A DNA stretch of 64,000 bases from an uncultured Acidobacteriota bacterium (GTDB lineage: Bacteria; Acidobacteriota; JAQAZP01): positions 832,001-896,000 of the forward strand of contig CAWIIB010000001.1 in assembly GCA_963836075.1 (NCBI GenBank), given 5' to 3'. The notes under the pieces are model-generated. The model was not told where the DNA came from and searched no databases. It worked only from the letters and a program-made list of their open reading frames with translations. Positions 21,695 to 33,282 of the stretch are shown one piece after another. How positions within the stretch are numbered: position 1 is the stretch's first letter; each line of letters starts with the position of its first letter. Both the position numbers and the translations under genes were made by a program.

Positions 21695-22567
21695 ATGACC
21701 GACAACTGGAAAGTGAACAAGAAGATTCTCATCGTCGATGACGACCGGAATTTCCGTGAATTCCTGCGTACCATGCTCACCGAGTGGGGCTATCCCGTGG
21801 TGGAAGCCGAGGACGGCATCAAAGCCATGCTGCGCATCATGGACGAGTCACCGGACCTGGTGCTGCTCGACCTGGCCATGCCCACCATCTCCGGACACCG
21901 GGTCACCGAGTTGATCAACAGTGTCCCCGACATCCGCAACATCCCGATCATCGTCATCAGCGGCAATGCCATGAAGTTCAAGGATCGCCTGGAGACCCTC
22001 GGTGCCGTGGCCGTCTTCTCCAAGCCGTTCGACCTGGAGGAGCTGCTGTCCGCCATCGATACGGTCCTCTCCGCCCCCACCGTGGAGATCATCGAGGAGA
22101 ACGCGGCCGAGGCTCCGTCCCCTTCTCCGCCCTCCGAAACAGTGGAAAGCCCGGTCCGGCCGGCTGGTCAAGACAAGCGGCGGGGCTGGTTTGCCCCGAT
22201 GCGCGACGGTTCACCGCAAAAGACCCTGGACCGCCTGCGCCGGGCGATACAGCAGAAACCGGACGACCTTGAGGCCGCCGGATATCTCAAGCTGGCAGAA
22301 ACCCTGATCGTCAGGAATTTCTTCAAACGGTTCGACGAACCGGGCGACGTGGTGCCCCGCCTGCACCCGCAGCTGGCCCAGGAGATCACGAGGTTCAGCC
22401 TCAACCCCGCCGAAGGGTTCCTGCTGTCACAGATGGACGGCCAGACCGACCTGGGCAGCCTCTTTTTTGTCAGCGGGATGAACCGTTTCCGCACCTGCCT
22501 GCTGCTGGAAAACCTGCTCCGCGAGGGTATCGTGCTGCTGGAGAACGGGAGGGCGCTCGATGAGTGA
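21695..22567 (+). CDS. Response regulator receiver fused to a helical/winged-helix C-terminal region
   Basis: ILIVDDD, LLDLAMP, SKPF. C-terminal LNPAEGFLLSQMDG..L..L. Confidence 0.85.
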   Translation: MTDNWKVNKKILIVDDDRNFREFLRTMLTEWGYPVVEAEDGIKAMLRIMDESPDLVLLDLAMPTISGHRVTELINSVPDIRNIPIIVISGNAMKFKDRLETLGAVAVFSKPFDLEELLSAIDTVLSAPTVEIIEENAAEAPSPSPPSETVESPVRPAGQDKRRGWFAPMRDGSPQKTLDRLRRAIQQKPDDLEAAGYLKLAETLIVRNFFKRFDEPGDVVPRLHPQLAQEITRFSLNPAEGFLLSQMDGQTDLGSLFFVSGMNRFRTCLLLENLLREGIVLLENGRALDE

Positions 22568-23642
22568 CAGCGGCACCATCTCCGGTTCCCCCTTCTGGTC
22601 GGCCAGCTACCCGATGGTCATTTTCAACCAGGAAGGCATGATCAGGGAGTCCAACCCGGCCTTTAATCTCTGTTTCTCCGACCAGGCCGGCCAGCTGTGC
22701 GGCACCAACCTGGCCCAGTTGTTCTTCCCCAACAATCCGGCCAAATTCGCCGAACTGCTCACCGCCATGATCCGCTCCGGTGATGACAAACGGCCCACCA
22801 TCGAGGTGGAATCCAACGGCAAGCACTACCGGGCCGACATCTTCCCGCTCCACGGGGACAACGGCAGCGGCGGCCCGTCACTGCTGGCCACCGTGCTGAT
22901 CGACATCACTCGCGAGAAACAGATCGAGCAGAAAAAGGCGGACTTCACCTCGATGATCGTCCATGACCTCCGCGGGCCGCTCACCGCGATCATGGGTGTC
23001 ATGGAGCTGGTGGTGGCCTCGTGGGACAAGGGGCTCAAGGAGTCCTACCGCGAGATGCTGTCCAATGGAGTCCAGGAATCGATACGGATGAGCGGCCTGA
23101 TCGATGAACTGCTGGATTTCGGCAAAATCGAATCGGGCAAGTTCACCATCACCAGTGACCGGATCAGTGTCGCCTCGGTGGTCCGGCGGGCGGTGACCTC
23201 GATGAAGAACATCGCCGAGCGCGAAGGCATTCTGCTGGAATCGGTGATCGAGGCCCAGCTGCCCAACGTGCTGGGGGACGAGGACAAGCTGACCCAGGTC
23301 TTGATCAACCTGCTCTCCAACGCCATCAAGTTCACACCCCGGGAGGGCATGGTCTGCGTTTTTGTGGAGAATGCCGACGGTGAGCGGCCGGACACCCCGG
23401 AGATCAGAATCACCGTCACCGACACCGGCGGCGGCATCGGCCGGGAGGAGGTGGACAACCTGTTCGCCCGCTACAGCCAGGCCGACAACCAGGACGCGGC
23501 TGCGGGCAAGAAGCTGGGCGGGACCGGCCTGGGCCTCTACATCGTCAAGGAACTGGTGGAAGCCCATGGCGGCCGAATCGCACTGGCCAGTGAAAAGGGC
23601 CTTGGCACCTCGGTGATCTTCACCCTACCCCTGTCCGACTGA
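22560..23642 (+). CDS. Cytoplasmic PAS sensor histidine kinase
   Basis: VHDLRGPL, NLLSNAIKFT, DTGGGI, GTGLGL. No transmembrane segment. Confidence 0.93.
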   Translation: MSDSGTISGSPFWSASYPMVIFNQEGMIRESNPAFNLCFSDQAGQLCGTNLAQLFFPNNPAKFAELLTAMIRSGDDKRPTIEVESNGKHYRADIFPLHGDNGSGGPSLLATVLIDITREKQIEQKKADFTSMIVHDLRGPLTAIMGVMELVVASWDKGLKESYREMLSNGVQESIRMSGLIDELLDFGKIESGKFTITSDRISVASVVRRAVTSMKNIAEREGILLESVIEAQLPNVLGDEDKLTQVLINLLSNAIKFTPREGMVCVFVENADGERPDTPEIRITVTDTGGGIGREEVDNLFARYSQADNQDAAAGKKLGGTGLGLYIVKELVEAHGGRIALASEKGLGTSVIFTLPLSD

Positions 23643-24752
23643 CCCGGGCACCTTCACCCGCTGCTGGGTGGCGTACTGGTTGAAGAGCCGTCCCCACTTG
23701 CCGGCCAGAACCTTGCGCACCCGGGACTTGCCCACCATCGGGTACCAAAGGACATCGTGGTAGAACCGGGAGGCCACATAGGACCAGGGCACCAGCCAGG
23801 TCCGCAGCAGCAGGTGCTCCAGCGGCTTCAGCGCCCCGTGGTAGATCAGTTTCTGCCCGCGGCTGGCCAGGGTATTCTTCTTTGATCGGAAACCGAAACT
23901 GACCTTCTCCACGTCGTCGCCCACGATATCGATCTCCTCGAAGCGGCCGCAGCCCAGCCCGCGCTCGTGGGCGAGGCGGATGAAGTCGAGGGACATGGGA
24001 TCGATGCCCATCATGTGCGCCGATACCGCGTCGATGGCCACCATGTCGGCGCTGGCCAGGACGTAGTCGGTCTCGTGGGGCACCATGCAGCGCGGCCCCG
24101 GGCCATCCCCGGCCACCGTGCCGTCCATCACCGCGAAGAGGCCGGGGTGGATCTCCTTCTGGATCATCAGCAGATCCACCAGCGTCTCGTGGATCACGCT
24201 GTGGGTCCAGTGCCGCTTCTGGTTCAAGAGGCCGCCAAAGGCGTTCTTCATCGCCCCGGTCATCTCGGTAAACACGTGGGTCTTCATGGTGGGCAGGTGG
24301 ATGATGTTTTCGCCGATGAACCGTTTGGGGATCTGAAACCCTTCGGGGTAGACCTGGTCGAGAACCAGCAGCTCCCCCTTGGGCCGGAAGTCGATCCACT
24401 CCTCCTCCTCCAGGTGGATGTTGTTCAGACCGTACTTGTCCACCACCACCTGCTTCTGGTGGTTGTTCACCTCGCCCACCTTGGAGTTCACCACCACCGT
24501 GCTGTTGTGACAACCGTGGATCAGCCCGGGGTCGTAGCCGTCCTCCAGCATGGTGTTGATCACCCCGTCCAGCTGGTACGGGGTGGTGGAGCAGGCCGGG
24601 AAGTAGACGTGCCAGGAGATGTTGATCTTCAGCCCGGTCTCGTTCTCCGGCGGGAGGTGTGACTGGTAGTCGGCAAGGCGCATCACCTTGCCGTAATCGG
24701 CGATCACCCCTTCGGGGCTGGTCTTCAGAACGGCCACCTTCGATCTGCTCAA
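23625..24752 (-). CDS. DUF362 domain protein
   Basis: LKINISWH, HLPTMKTH..MTGAMKNAFGGL, MDGTVAGDGPGP, DMVAIDAV. TTG start after AAGGAG. Confidence 0.85.
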   Translation of the reverse strand: MSRSKVAVLKTSPEGVIADYGKVMRLADYQSHLPPENETGLKINISWHVYFPACSTTPYQLDGVINTMLEDGYDPGLIHGCHNSTVVVNSKVGEVNNHQKQVVVDKYGLNNIHLEEEEWIDFRPKGELLVLDQVYPEGFQIPKRFIGENIIHLPTMKTHVFTEMTGAMKNAFGGLLNQKRHWTHSVIHETLVDLLMIQKEIHPGLFAVMDGTVAGDGPGPRCMVPHETDYVLASADMVAIDAVSAHMMGIDPMSLDFIRLAHERGLGCGRFEEIDIVGDDVEKVSFGFRSKKNTLASRGQKLIYHGALKPLEHLLLRTWLVPWSYVASRFYHDVLWYPMVGKSRVRKVLAGKWGRLFNQYATQQRVKVPGSVGQG

Positions 24753-24931
24753 GACTCGGGTCTCCTTGGTTGTCTCGCGCCCGGCGCGAATCATTCAACA
24801 TCGGGAAGAGGAATTATAGACCCTGCCGCCCACTGTTGCCACTTCCGGCAGGAGTCTGCTATATTTTCAATCCTGTCCGGAATGGCCGAATAGGGAGAAA
24901 CATCACCTCAACCGGAGTTACCCCTGACTGC

Positions 24932-26197
24932 ATGAACAACGACCCCCTTCAGCCGAGCACCGTAATCACCCCCGAAACGGACGCGCCGTCCTCCGCGGGC
25001 CGGGGCCTGCTGCTCTCTCTCGCGGTCCTGGCCCTGCTGGCCGTTCTTGGCTTCGTGCTCTACGGCAACACCATCGACTCCGAGTTCCACCTCGACGATT
25101 ACCCCAACCTGGTGGACAACGCGGCGATCCACATGACCAGTCTCGATGCGGAATCACTCTGGCGGGCCCTCTCCACCTCGGTGGGCGGCAACCGGCCGGT
25201 GGCCTCGCTGCTCTTCGCGCTCAACTTCCGCGCCGGCCAGTTCAACGTGCGCAGTTTTCACATCACCAGCATTATCTGTCACATTCTCGCCGGCTGGCTG
25301 CTCTTTCTCTTTCTCCGCCGCACCCTGCTGCTGTCCCGCTTTGCCGGGCGCTTCGGCGACCGGGCCAGCCTGGTGGCCCTGCTGGCCACCCTGGTCTGGT
25401 TCGCCCACCCGATCCAGACCCAGGCGGTGACCTACATCGTCCAGCGGGCCAACGTGCTCTCCGGGCTGTTCAGCTTTGCCGCGCTCTACCTCTTCGCCGT
25501 GATCAGGACGTCCAGCCCCGGCCGCGGACTGCGGGCCCTGCAATGGGCCGGCCTGCTGCTGGCCGGTCTGCTGGCCCTGGGCAGCAAGGAGACCGCCGCG
25601 GTGCTGCCGGTGATCATCCTGCTCTACGAACTGTTCTTCATCCGCACCTTCGACTTCGGCGCCCTGCGCAACAAGTGGGCCTACCTGGCCGGCATCATCA
25701 TCGCGCCCGCGCTGATCCTCGCCGCCGACTACCACCGTTTCGGCATGTCGCTCATCGAACGGACGGGGGCCATCTACCAGTTGCGCGGGTTCACCATGTG
25801 GGAGCGCGTGCTCACCGAGTTCCGGGTGCTGGTGCGCTACATCACCCTGCTCATCCTGCCCCTGCCGGGCCGGCTGAACCTCGAACACGAGGTGTCCATC
25901 TCCCGGGGCCTGTTCAGCCCGCTGACCACCCTGCTCAGCCTGCTGGTGCTGCTGGCCCTGGTGGCCCTGGGCTTCTACCTTGCCCGGCGGCGGCCGCTGA
26001 TCTCGTTTTTCATTTTCTGGTTCTTCATCCAGCTGGCCATCGAGTCCTCGGTGGTGCCCCTGGAGCTGATGTTCGAGCACCGGCTCTACCTCCCCTCGGT
26101 GTCGCTGGCCGTAATCCTGGCCGCGCTGCTCCTCGAGCAGCAAAAAACGTCCACTTCCCCTCCCCCGCTGCGGACCGACGAGGAGGTGCAGTCATGA
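24932..26197 (+). CDS. TMTC-like GT-C glycosyltransferase, membrane part
   Basis: FHLDD..N, NRP, HPIQTQAVTYIVQR, SKE, EHRLYLPS, many TM helices. Confidence 0.85.
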   Translation: MNNDPLQPSTVITPETDAPSSAGRGLLLSLAVLALLAVLGFVLYGNTIDSEFHLDDYPNLVDNAAIHMTSLDAESLWRALSTSVGGNRPVASLLFALNFRAGQFNVRSFHITSIICHILAGWLLFLFLRRTLLLSRFAGRFGDRASLVALLATLVWFAHPIQTQAVTYIVQRANVLSGLFSFAALYLFAVIRTSSPGRGLRALQWAGLLLAGLLALGSKETAAVLPVIILLYELFFIRTFDFGALRNKWAYLAGIIIAPALILAADYHRFGMSLIERTGAIYQLRGFTMWERVLTEFRVLVRYITLLILPLPGRLNLEHEVSISRGLFSPLTTLLSLLVLLALVALGFYLARRRPLISFFIFWFFIQLAIESSVVPLELMFEHRLYLPSVSLAVILAALLLEQQKTSTSPPPLRTDEEVQS

Positions 26198-27166
26198 ACA
26201 CCCTCCTGGCAAAAGTCACCGGCAAAGTACCCGGGCACCCTGATCCTGCTGGCGGTGGTGCTGGTCTTCTCGCTGTTCACCATCCAGCGAAACCGGGTCT
26301 GGACCACCGAACTGTCGCTGCTGGAGGACTCGGCGCAGAAATCCCCGGGCAAGGCGCGGATATTCTCCAACCTCGCCCGGACCCACTACCTGATGGCCGA
26401 AGCGGAAACCGACGGTGACGCGGCCCTGGCCCGGATGCAGCAGGTGATCGACAACGCACAGAGCGCATTGAAGCGCGACCCCACCCTGCTGGATGCCCAC
26501 GTGCACCTGGGCAACGCTTACGCCTACCTGGCCCAGATGGCCGCCGGCAACCCGGAAACCGCGGCCCAGGCGTCGGAACTGCGCGAGATGGCCATCGATT
26601 CCTTTTCCCGGGCCATCTCCATCAACCCCGAATATCCCGACGCCCATGTCAACCTGGGCCTTGAACTCTCCCGCAAGGGTTTGAAGAATGAAGCCATCGA
26701 GGAGTACAAACTGGCCATCGAACTCAACCCGATGCACCTCAAGGCGCGCAACAACCTGGGCAATGTCTACCAGTCCCAGCAGCAGTACCAGCTGGCCATC
26801 GAGCAGTATCTCTTCTGCCTGGACATGTATTCCGGAATGCCGGAGGTGCACAACAACCTGGCCAACAGCTACCTGAGCCTCAAGCGCTACGAGGAGGCCG
26901 AGCAGCACTACAAGGCGGCGATCAACCTGTTCAAGGATTTCGGTATCGCCCACACCAACCTGGCCATGGCCTACCTGGAACAGGGCAAGGTCAAGGAAGC
27001 GCGTTTCCACATCGACGAGGCGCTGCGCATCGACCCCAACAACAGCGTGGCCCAGTCGATGGTCAGCACCGTACCGCTGCAGCGGGTACCGGTGCAACCG
27101 GGAGACGGCGCACCGCGCACCCGCCCGCCACGCCCCGGCCCACCGGCCGCTCCCCAGGGTCAGTAG
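26194..27166 (+). CDS. Membrane-anchored TPR protein matching the C-terminal half of TMTC-like proteins (frameshift near 26225)
   Basis: GGAGG RBS, ATGA overlap, TIQRNRVW..ELSLLED...SP.KAR then TPRs (AHVNLG, ARNNLG, VHNNLA). Confidence 0.8.
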
Positions 27167-27189
27167 CCAAAGCCACCCACCGGACAGGA

Positions 27190-28338
27190 TCACCCTTTTC
27201 CGTGCAGCAGTCGTGCGCCGATAAGGCAGAGGAAAACGGCGCAGAGGGTGAAGGACCAGAGCGCCGCGCCGCTGATGCCGGTGAACAGCTGGTTCATCTC
27301 GGTGCTGCGGACCGGTGCTGCGGAATCGAACCCGCCCTGAGCCGTCAACCGGGCCTGGACGTCCCCGGGCAGGCGCGGGTCCAGCACTTTCATCACCGCC
27401 GGGAAGTGGCGCAGCAGGATTTTCTGCTCCGCGGCCGCCATGACCGGCCGCCCGGCGTCGAGGTGGTGGTTCCGTGCGCCGATGTGCCGCAGGGCCTCGG
27501 TGATGAAGAAGTCCTCCACCGCCCAGGCCCCGTATCCCGCCACCGTCTCTTCCGGGTTGAAGCGGGCCCCGGTCTCCTGCCACCGCAGACGGTGGATGCG
27601 GTTCTGTCTTCCCAGGCCGTTCCGGTCAAAGCGGGTCTTGAAGGCCACCCCGGCCTTGCGGTCCACGATCAGGTGGCCCAGCTGGACCTGCTGGAGAAAC
27701 CCGCCCAGGGCCAGCAGGAAGACGGCCGATCCGAGCAGGATGTTTCTCCAGACCCGCGCGGCCGGCGGATTGATCCCCTGCCCCGGGCGGATCACCAGGG
27801 CCACGTAGAGCAACCCCAGCGCCCCGGCCAGCAGGTTGATCCAGACGTCGCGGATCTCCCCCACCCGCAGGGGCAGGAGGTGCTGGACATACTCGTCCAG
27901 CAGTCCGGCCAGCACGGTGAACAGCAGGCCGTGAACATAGATCTGGGGCCCGGGCAGCCGCCGGTGAAAAGCCCACCAGAAGAGCACCGCCAGCAGGCTG
28001 TATTCCAGCAGGTGGACCTTCTCCACCAGGCCCACCACCGGGTTGGGCCCCTTGAGCAGCACGAAGACCAGACCGAAGAGCAGCAGAAAGAGGCCCAGCC
28101 GGAGCCAGCGTGAGGGCTGCCCCCGAAACAGGCGCAGGTGGACGGCGAGAAACCCGAGGACCGCTGCGGCGAAGAGGATGAACAGCGGCAGTTGCACGCC
28201 CTCGTCACCCAGGGCGGCCCGCAGCCGGCCGACATAGGGCAGGGTGAGCAGGATCAGGGCCAGCGCCAGGACCAGGACAGCAATCCGCAACTCCTCGGGT
28301 ATACCCCTGGCCGCCGGCCTGCCGTGATCCGGTTCCAT
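27190..28338 (-). CDS. VanZ-like membrane protein with C-terminal extension
   Basis: EKVHLLEYSLL, LDEYVQHLLPLRVGEIRDVWIN. TGATG overlap with argS. Confidence 0.75.
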   Translation of the reverse strand: MEPDHGRPAARGIPEELRIAVLVLALALILLTLPYVGRLRAALGDEGVQLPLFILFAAAVLGFLAVHLRLFRGQPSRWLRLGLFLLLFGLVFVLLKGPNPVVGLVEKVHLLEYSLLAVLFWWAFHRRLPGPQIYVHGLLFTVLAGLLDEYVQHLLPLRVGEIRDVWINLLAGALGLLYVALVIRPGQGINPPAARVWRNILLGSAVFLLALGGFLQQVQLGHLIVDRKAGVAFKTRFDRNGLGRQNRIHRLRWQETGARFNPEETVAGYGAWAVEDFFITEALRHIGARNHHLDAGRPVMAAAEQKILLRHFPAVMKVLDPRLPGDVQARLTAQGGFDSAAPVRSTEMNQLFTGISGAALWSFTLCAVFLCLIGARLLHGKG

Positions 28339-30310
28339 CACATCCGCTCCGGGATCCCGATTCCGAGAATGGCAAGGGTCTGTGCCATCCGGCTGCGGAA
28401 GAGCCGGACCAGCAGCGACCGCATCTCCCGCAGGCGCGGGTCGTCCTCACCGATGATGTGATACTTGTGGTAGTAGGTGTTGAACCGCTGGGCCATGGTA
28501 AAGGCGTGGCGGGCAACCTGGGACAGTTCCAGGGCCTCCACCGCCGAGGCGGTGACGTCCTCGCCCTGGGAGAGCAGGTGCAGCAGTTCCCAGGTGTCGC
28601 CCCTCTCGGCGTCGGAGAGCAGTTCCATGTCGTAGCGGGCGGCGGCGTCAGCGGCCTGGCGTTGGTCGAAACCGCCCAGCTTGCCAATGATGTTGCCCGC
28701 CCGCACCGCGGCATACTGGACGTAGGGCCCGGACTCACCCTCGAAACTCATCGCCTCGTCGAGGTCGAAGACGATGACCTTGTTTCTCGTGAACTTGAGC
28801 ATGAAGAAACGCAGCGCGCCCTGGGCGATGACCCGCGCCGTTTCCCCCTGCGCCTCCGGCGTCAGAGCCGGGTTGCGCTGGGCCACCTCCCGGCCGGCCT
28901 TCTCCTCCAGGTGGTCCAGCAGGTCGTCGGCCTTGACCCCCAGCCCCTTGCGGCCCGACATCTCCACGAACTGCCGGCCGGCATCGTCGTCGGACACCGG
29001 CAGCCCCAGCTCCCGGGCCGTGCCCGGGCTCAGCGCCACGAACTCGTAGGAGAAGTGGATCGAGCGGTCGGACTGCTCGGGGTAGCCCAGCACCCTGAGC
29101 CCCTCGGCCACGATGCGCTGGAGGTAGGACTGGCGCACGTCGATCACGTTGTAGACTACACCGGCGTTGCCGAACTGCGGTGCCTGGTCCGCGGGAACAC
29201 CGTCCGCCCGGGTGGCCCACAGCTGGTGGCCGTCCGGGTAGCGGTGGAACCGTGCGTAGGTGAAGTCGGCGCCCAGCAAGCCGAACTTCCAGAGCTGGTA
29301 GGCCACGTCCTTGCCCACGTAGGTCACCGTGCCGTCGGAGCGCACCAGCACCTTGTCCGGGTCGTCCATCTCGGCAAAGGCTTCGCTCTCTTTCAGCGGC
29401 ATGACCCAGCAGCCGGCGTTCTTGCCATCTTTCTCCAGCACGGCGGCGCCCCGTTCCTTGAGCAGGTCAAAGGCCTTCTGCCAGAACTGCAGGCGGATGA
29501 TCTCCCCCTCCCAGGGCAGCAGGTCGTAGGCCACACCGATGCGCTCCATGGTGGCGATGTGCTGCCGGACGTTGCGCTCGGCGATGGCCGCGGCCACGAC
29601 CGCGGTCTCCCCCTCCCCCTCCTCGATCTGCCGCAGGGTGGTGCTGCGCATTTGCCCGGCCTTGTCGCCGACCGACTCGTAGAAGTCCATCACCCGGGAG
29701 TAGACGTCCCAGCAGCTGAAGTCGAAGGGCTCGGCCACCCCCTCCAGGTCCTGCAGGGTCTTCACGCCCCCAGTTCCCGGAAGCCGATCACCACGTCGGC
29801 CACCTGGACTCCGGTGTTGTCGATGTAGTTCTGCACCTCCACCGGGCGGCCCAGGCTGCGCAGGGCCCGGACCAGGGTGTCGCCCAGCACGGCGTTGCGC
29901 AGGTGGCCGATGTGCGCCGCCTTGTTGGGATTGATGTTGGTGTGCTCGACGATGGCTCTCGGGGCTGAAGGGTCCGCTTCAGCCGGACCGGCGACCAGGG
30001 CCTGGTGCAGTTCACCCACGAAGCGGTTGCGGTCGAAGAAGATGTTGACATACCCGCCGCCGGCCACGGTGATCGACGAACAGCCGGGCGGGGGCGTGTC
30101 AAAAGATTCGACGATCTGCTGGGCGATCTGCCGCGGCGCCCGCTTGAGCATCTTGGCCAACTCGAAACAGACCGGCGTGGCCAGGTCGCCCATCTCGGTG
30201 TTCGGGGGCTGCTCCAGCACCAGCCGTTCAGGCGCCTGCCCGAACAGCGTGTGGATTCGCTCGCTCAGCGCGGTGGAGACATTCTCTCTCAACTGATCCC
30301 AGATGGCCAT
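28338..30310 (-). CDS. argS: Arginine--tRNA ligase (frameshift in the G run near 29769)
   Basis: [43 protein letters not shown]-terminal LGIGIPERM. Confidence 0.95.
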
Positions 30311-30586
30311 GCGGCTCCCCCTGTCGCCCGTCGCTACGGGCGCCCGAATTACGCGATTTACCCACTCCTGTCCCGCCCTGCGGCGGATCAATTGCCGGAG
30401 CAAAACAGGATAGGCAAAAGCGTTCTCCCAGTCAATCCGATCGAGGAGTTGAGAGAAAAGGATTTGGTCTGTAATGAAAATATCGCGGGCTAATTCCCTC
30501 TGCTCTTCAGGAAATACCAGGAGCAGATTTCAGGGCAGCCGAACCCGGTTCAGTTTTCATTTATTTTCATCGTGGGAGGTGGATGA

Positions 30587-30928
30587 ATGTGTAGCAGGAC
30601 CACAGCTTTCAGCCTGTTTATTCTTCTGCTGATCTCCTGCATCCCGGTGATCGCCTTCGGTCCCACCAATTCACGCCTGCTCGGCTTCAGCGGAGCCGGC
30701 AGGAGAGTGATGGACGACACGTCGTATGATAATGATTACTGGCGAGATTTCGTTTCCCCGGTCGATTCCGATTCCTGGGTGTTCTCCGCCGGCTGCACAT
30801 ACAAGAAGAGCGGCAACATGGGATTCGATCTCTTCCTGCAAAGAATCGACGGCGACGGAGCCACACAAATTTCCACTTTCGAAGAGGAATACTGGCGGCT
30901 CGGCTTTGGCATGACCTTCCTGTACTGA
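30587..30928 (+). CDS. Small secreted protein ending in outer-membrane beta-signal-like strands
   Basis: GGAGGTG RBS, signal peptide, ends YWRLGFGMTFLY. Confidence 0.55.
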   Translation: MCSRTTAFSLFILLLISCIPVIAFGPTNSRLLGFSGAGRRVMDDTSYDNDYWRDFVSPVDSDSWVFSAGCTYKKSGNMGFDLFLQRIDGDGATQISTFEEEYWRLGFGMTFLY

Positions 30929-30997
30929 TGCCCCACACTTCACAGAAGATTAAGGTTCCTGTTATATTTAGCCGTTGTACATCCTTGGGAGGATCAG

Positions 30998-33164
30998 ATG
31001 GCTTCGCCCCCGCGGCCCGGGACCATCGGGCGCTACCAGATCACCAGCAAGCTCGGCGAAGGGGCGATGGGCGTAGTCTACAAGGCCCTCGACCCGGTGA
31101 TCGGCCGGATGGTGGCGATCAAGACCGTCCGCACCGACACCGGGATGACCGGGGAGCAGTACGAGGACTTCACCCGGCGCTTCATCCAGGAAGCCCGCAT
31201 CGCCGGCACCCTCTCCCATCCCAACATCGTCACCATCTACGACGTTGGCCAGTGGCAGGACTCCCCCTTCATCGCCATGGAGTTCCTGGAGGGGCAGTCC
31301 CTGATGGAACTGCTGGCCGCCAGCTCCCCCTTCACCCCCTCGCGGCTGGTGAACCTGCTGGCCCAGATGGCCCGCGGCCTCGACTTTGCCCACGAGCACA
31401 AGGTGGTGCACCGGGACATCAAGCCGGGCAACATCATGGTCCTGCCCGGGGACCGGGTGAAGCTGATGGATTTCGGTATCGCCAAGATCCCGGGCCTCGA
31501 CACCACCCAGACCGGCGTCTTCCTCGGTTCGCCCAACTACACGGCGCCGGAGCAGATCGTCGGCAATTCGGTGGACCACCGGGCGGACATCTTCTCCCTG
31601 GGCATCGTGGCCTTCGAGCTGCTCACCGGTGCACTGCCCTTCCCCGGGGACTCCATCACCTCCGTGCTCTACAGCATCGTGCACAAACCGCCGGAATACC
31701 CCGATCACCGGCCGCGAATCGAAACCCTGGACCAGCGCTGGCAGGCGGTGTTCAACATCGTGCTGGACAAGAACCCCGACCGCCGCTTCCAGCGGGCCGA
31801 AGCATTCCTCGATGCGCTGGGCGAGAGTGTCCTGGGACGGCGTCCCGACAGCGCTGCGGGGCCCGAGGCCCGGACCACCGTTATCCCGCACTTCACCGAC
31901 CCGCCGCCCGGCACGGTTCTTGCCGGCACCCGCAAGAACCGGCGGCCGGCTGCGCGGCCCTCCGATGTCTTTCGCGGCCAGGAGGAGGTGCCGGACAGCG
32001 CCGGGGCGATGGACCTGCGCTACCGTCCGCTGGTCCCCGGGGAGGCCGCCGGCGAGCAGCAGGCCGTCGAAAAAATGGGGCCCCGGCCCCTGCCGCGAGT
32101 CTCACTGCTCCGCGTCGCCCTCACGTTGCTGGTGCTGTTCCTGGTCCTGGCCCTCGGCGCCGCTGCGGCGCTGCAGTTCGGTTTCGGTCGTCCGGAGGCC
32201 CTCTTCCTGCTGGAGGCCTGCACGCCGGCGGCAGCCGGGGAAAACAGTGTGGCCTCTTTTGTGAACGACTGGCTGGACCAGCCGGACCGCCGGCCCCGCC
32301 AGCGCCTCGTACGGCTGTCCAGCGATCCCCCCGGCGCGTCGATCCGCTTCGGCACCCGGCAGACCGGGCAGGTGACCCCGGTGGAGATGACCCTTCCCTT
32401 CGCCGCTGCGGGGCGCAACCTGGTGACTTTCGAGCTGGAGGGCTACCTGCCGGGCCAGATCCAGTTCGCCATCGGCGAAGCCCCGCCGCAGGAGATCTCA
32501 CTGACGCTGAAGCCCGACCTGGAGGAACTGCAAGTGCTCAGCAGTCCGCCGGGCGCTGTTGTTTCAGTGGACGGGGAGGAAGTGGCCGGAACCACGCCGC
32601 TGAAGCTCCGGATCGATCGGTACCGCGTTGCCGGAGATCCGGCTGGAGCTGCAGGGCTACGACAGCGCCCGGGTGGCCGCCGGCGATCTGCCCGCGGACG
32701 GCTCTCCGCTCCAGGTGACGCTGGTGCGGATCCCCGGTCCGGGCACCCTGGTGATCCGCAGCCCGTTCCCGGTCACCGCCAGCGCCGGCGGCCAATCCCT
32801 GTCCCTGCGCAGCAGCGGGTCCGGGGTCTACCGGGCCAGTCTCCCGGCAGGCCGGCGCACGGTGACCATCCGCAACCGGGAGTATTTTCACTACGAGAAG
32901 CGGAATTTCGACATCCCCGAGGGTGGGTCGGCCGAGCACCGTATCGCCTCCCCCGGCTGGGCCGACTTAACCGCTCTTCCCGGCAACTGCAAGATCCACA
33001 TCGACGGCGCATATGTCGATTTTGTCCCGATCATCGGCCTGCCGCTGGCTGCCGGCTCCCACCGCGCCAAATTTACCTGGCCGTCCGATGGAACCGCTCG
33101 CGAGAAAAGATTCACGGTGCAATCGGGCCAGACCACCAAGGTTTTTCTTTCCCGGGATCAGTAG
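30998..33164 (+). CDS. Hanks-type Ser/Thr kinase with a TM helix and extracytoplasmic PEGA domains (frameshift near 32620)
   Basis: LGEGAMGVVY, VAIK, HRDIKPGN, DFGIAK, APE. PEGA motifs SDPPGA, SSPPGA..VDG..GTTP. Confidence 0.92.
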
Positions 33165-33282
33165 TGGCACCATGTTGCGCTCCATGGCGACCCCCTGTAC
33201 AATTTACCGTCAAATCGATATCCACCGCCCGGCCCCAGCGCATGCCGACTGTGCCGGGCACCAAGGAGGAGAATCCCCCGAG

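Noticed and set aside
29762-29771. argS as a split gene, pseudogene or programmed frameshift
   Set aside because: The break lies in a G homopolymer, and the window shows a general indel-error pattern.
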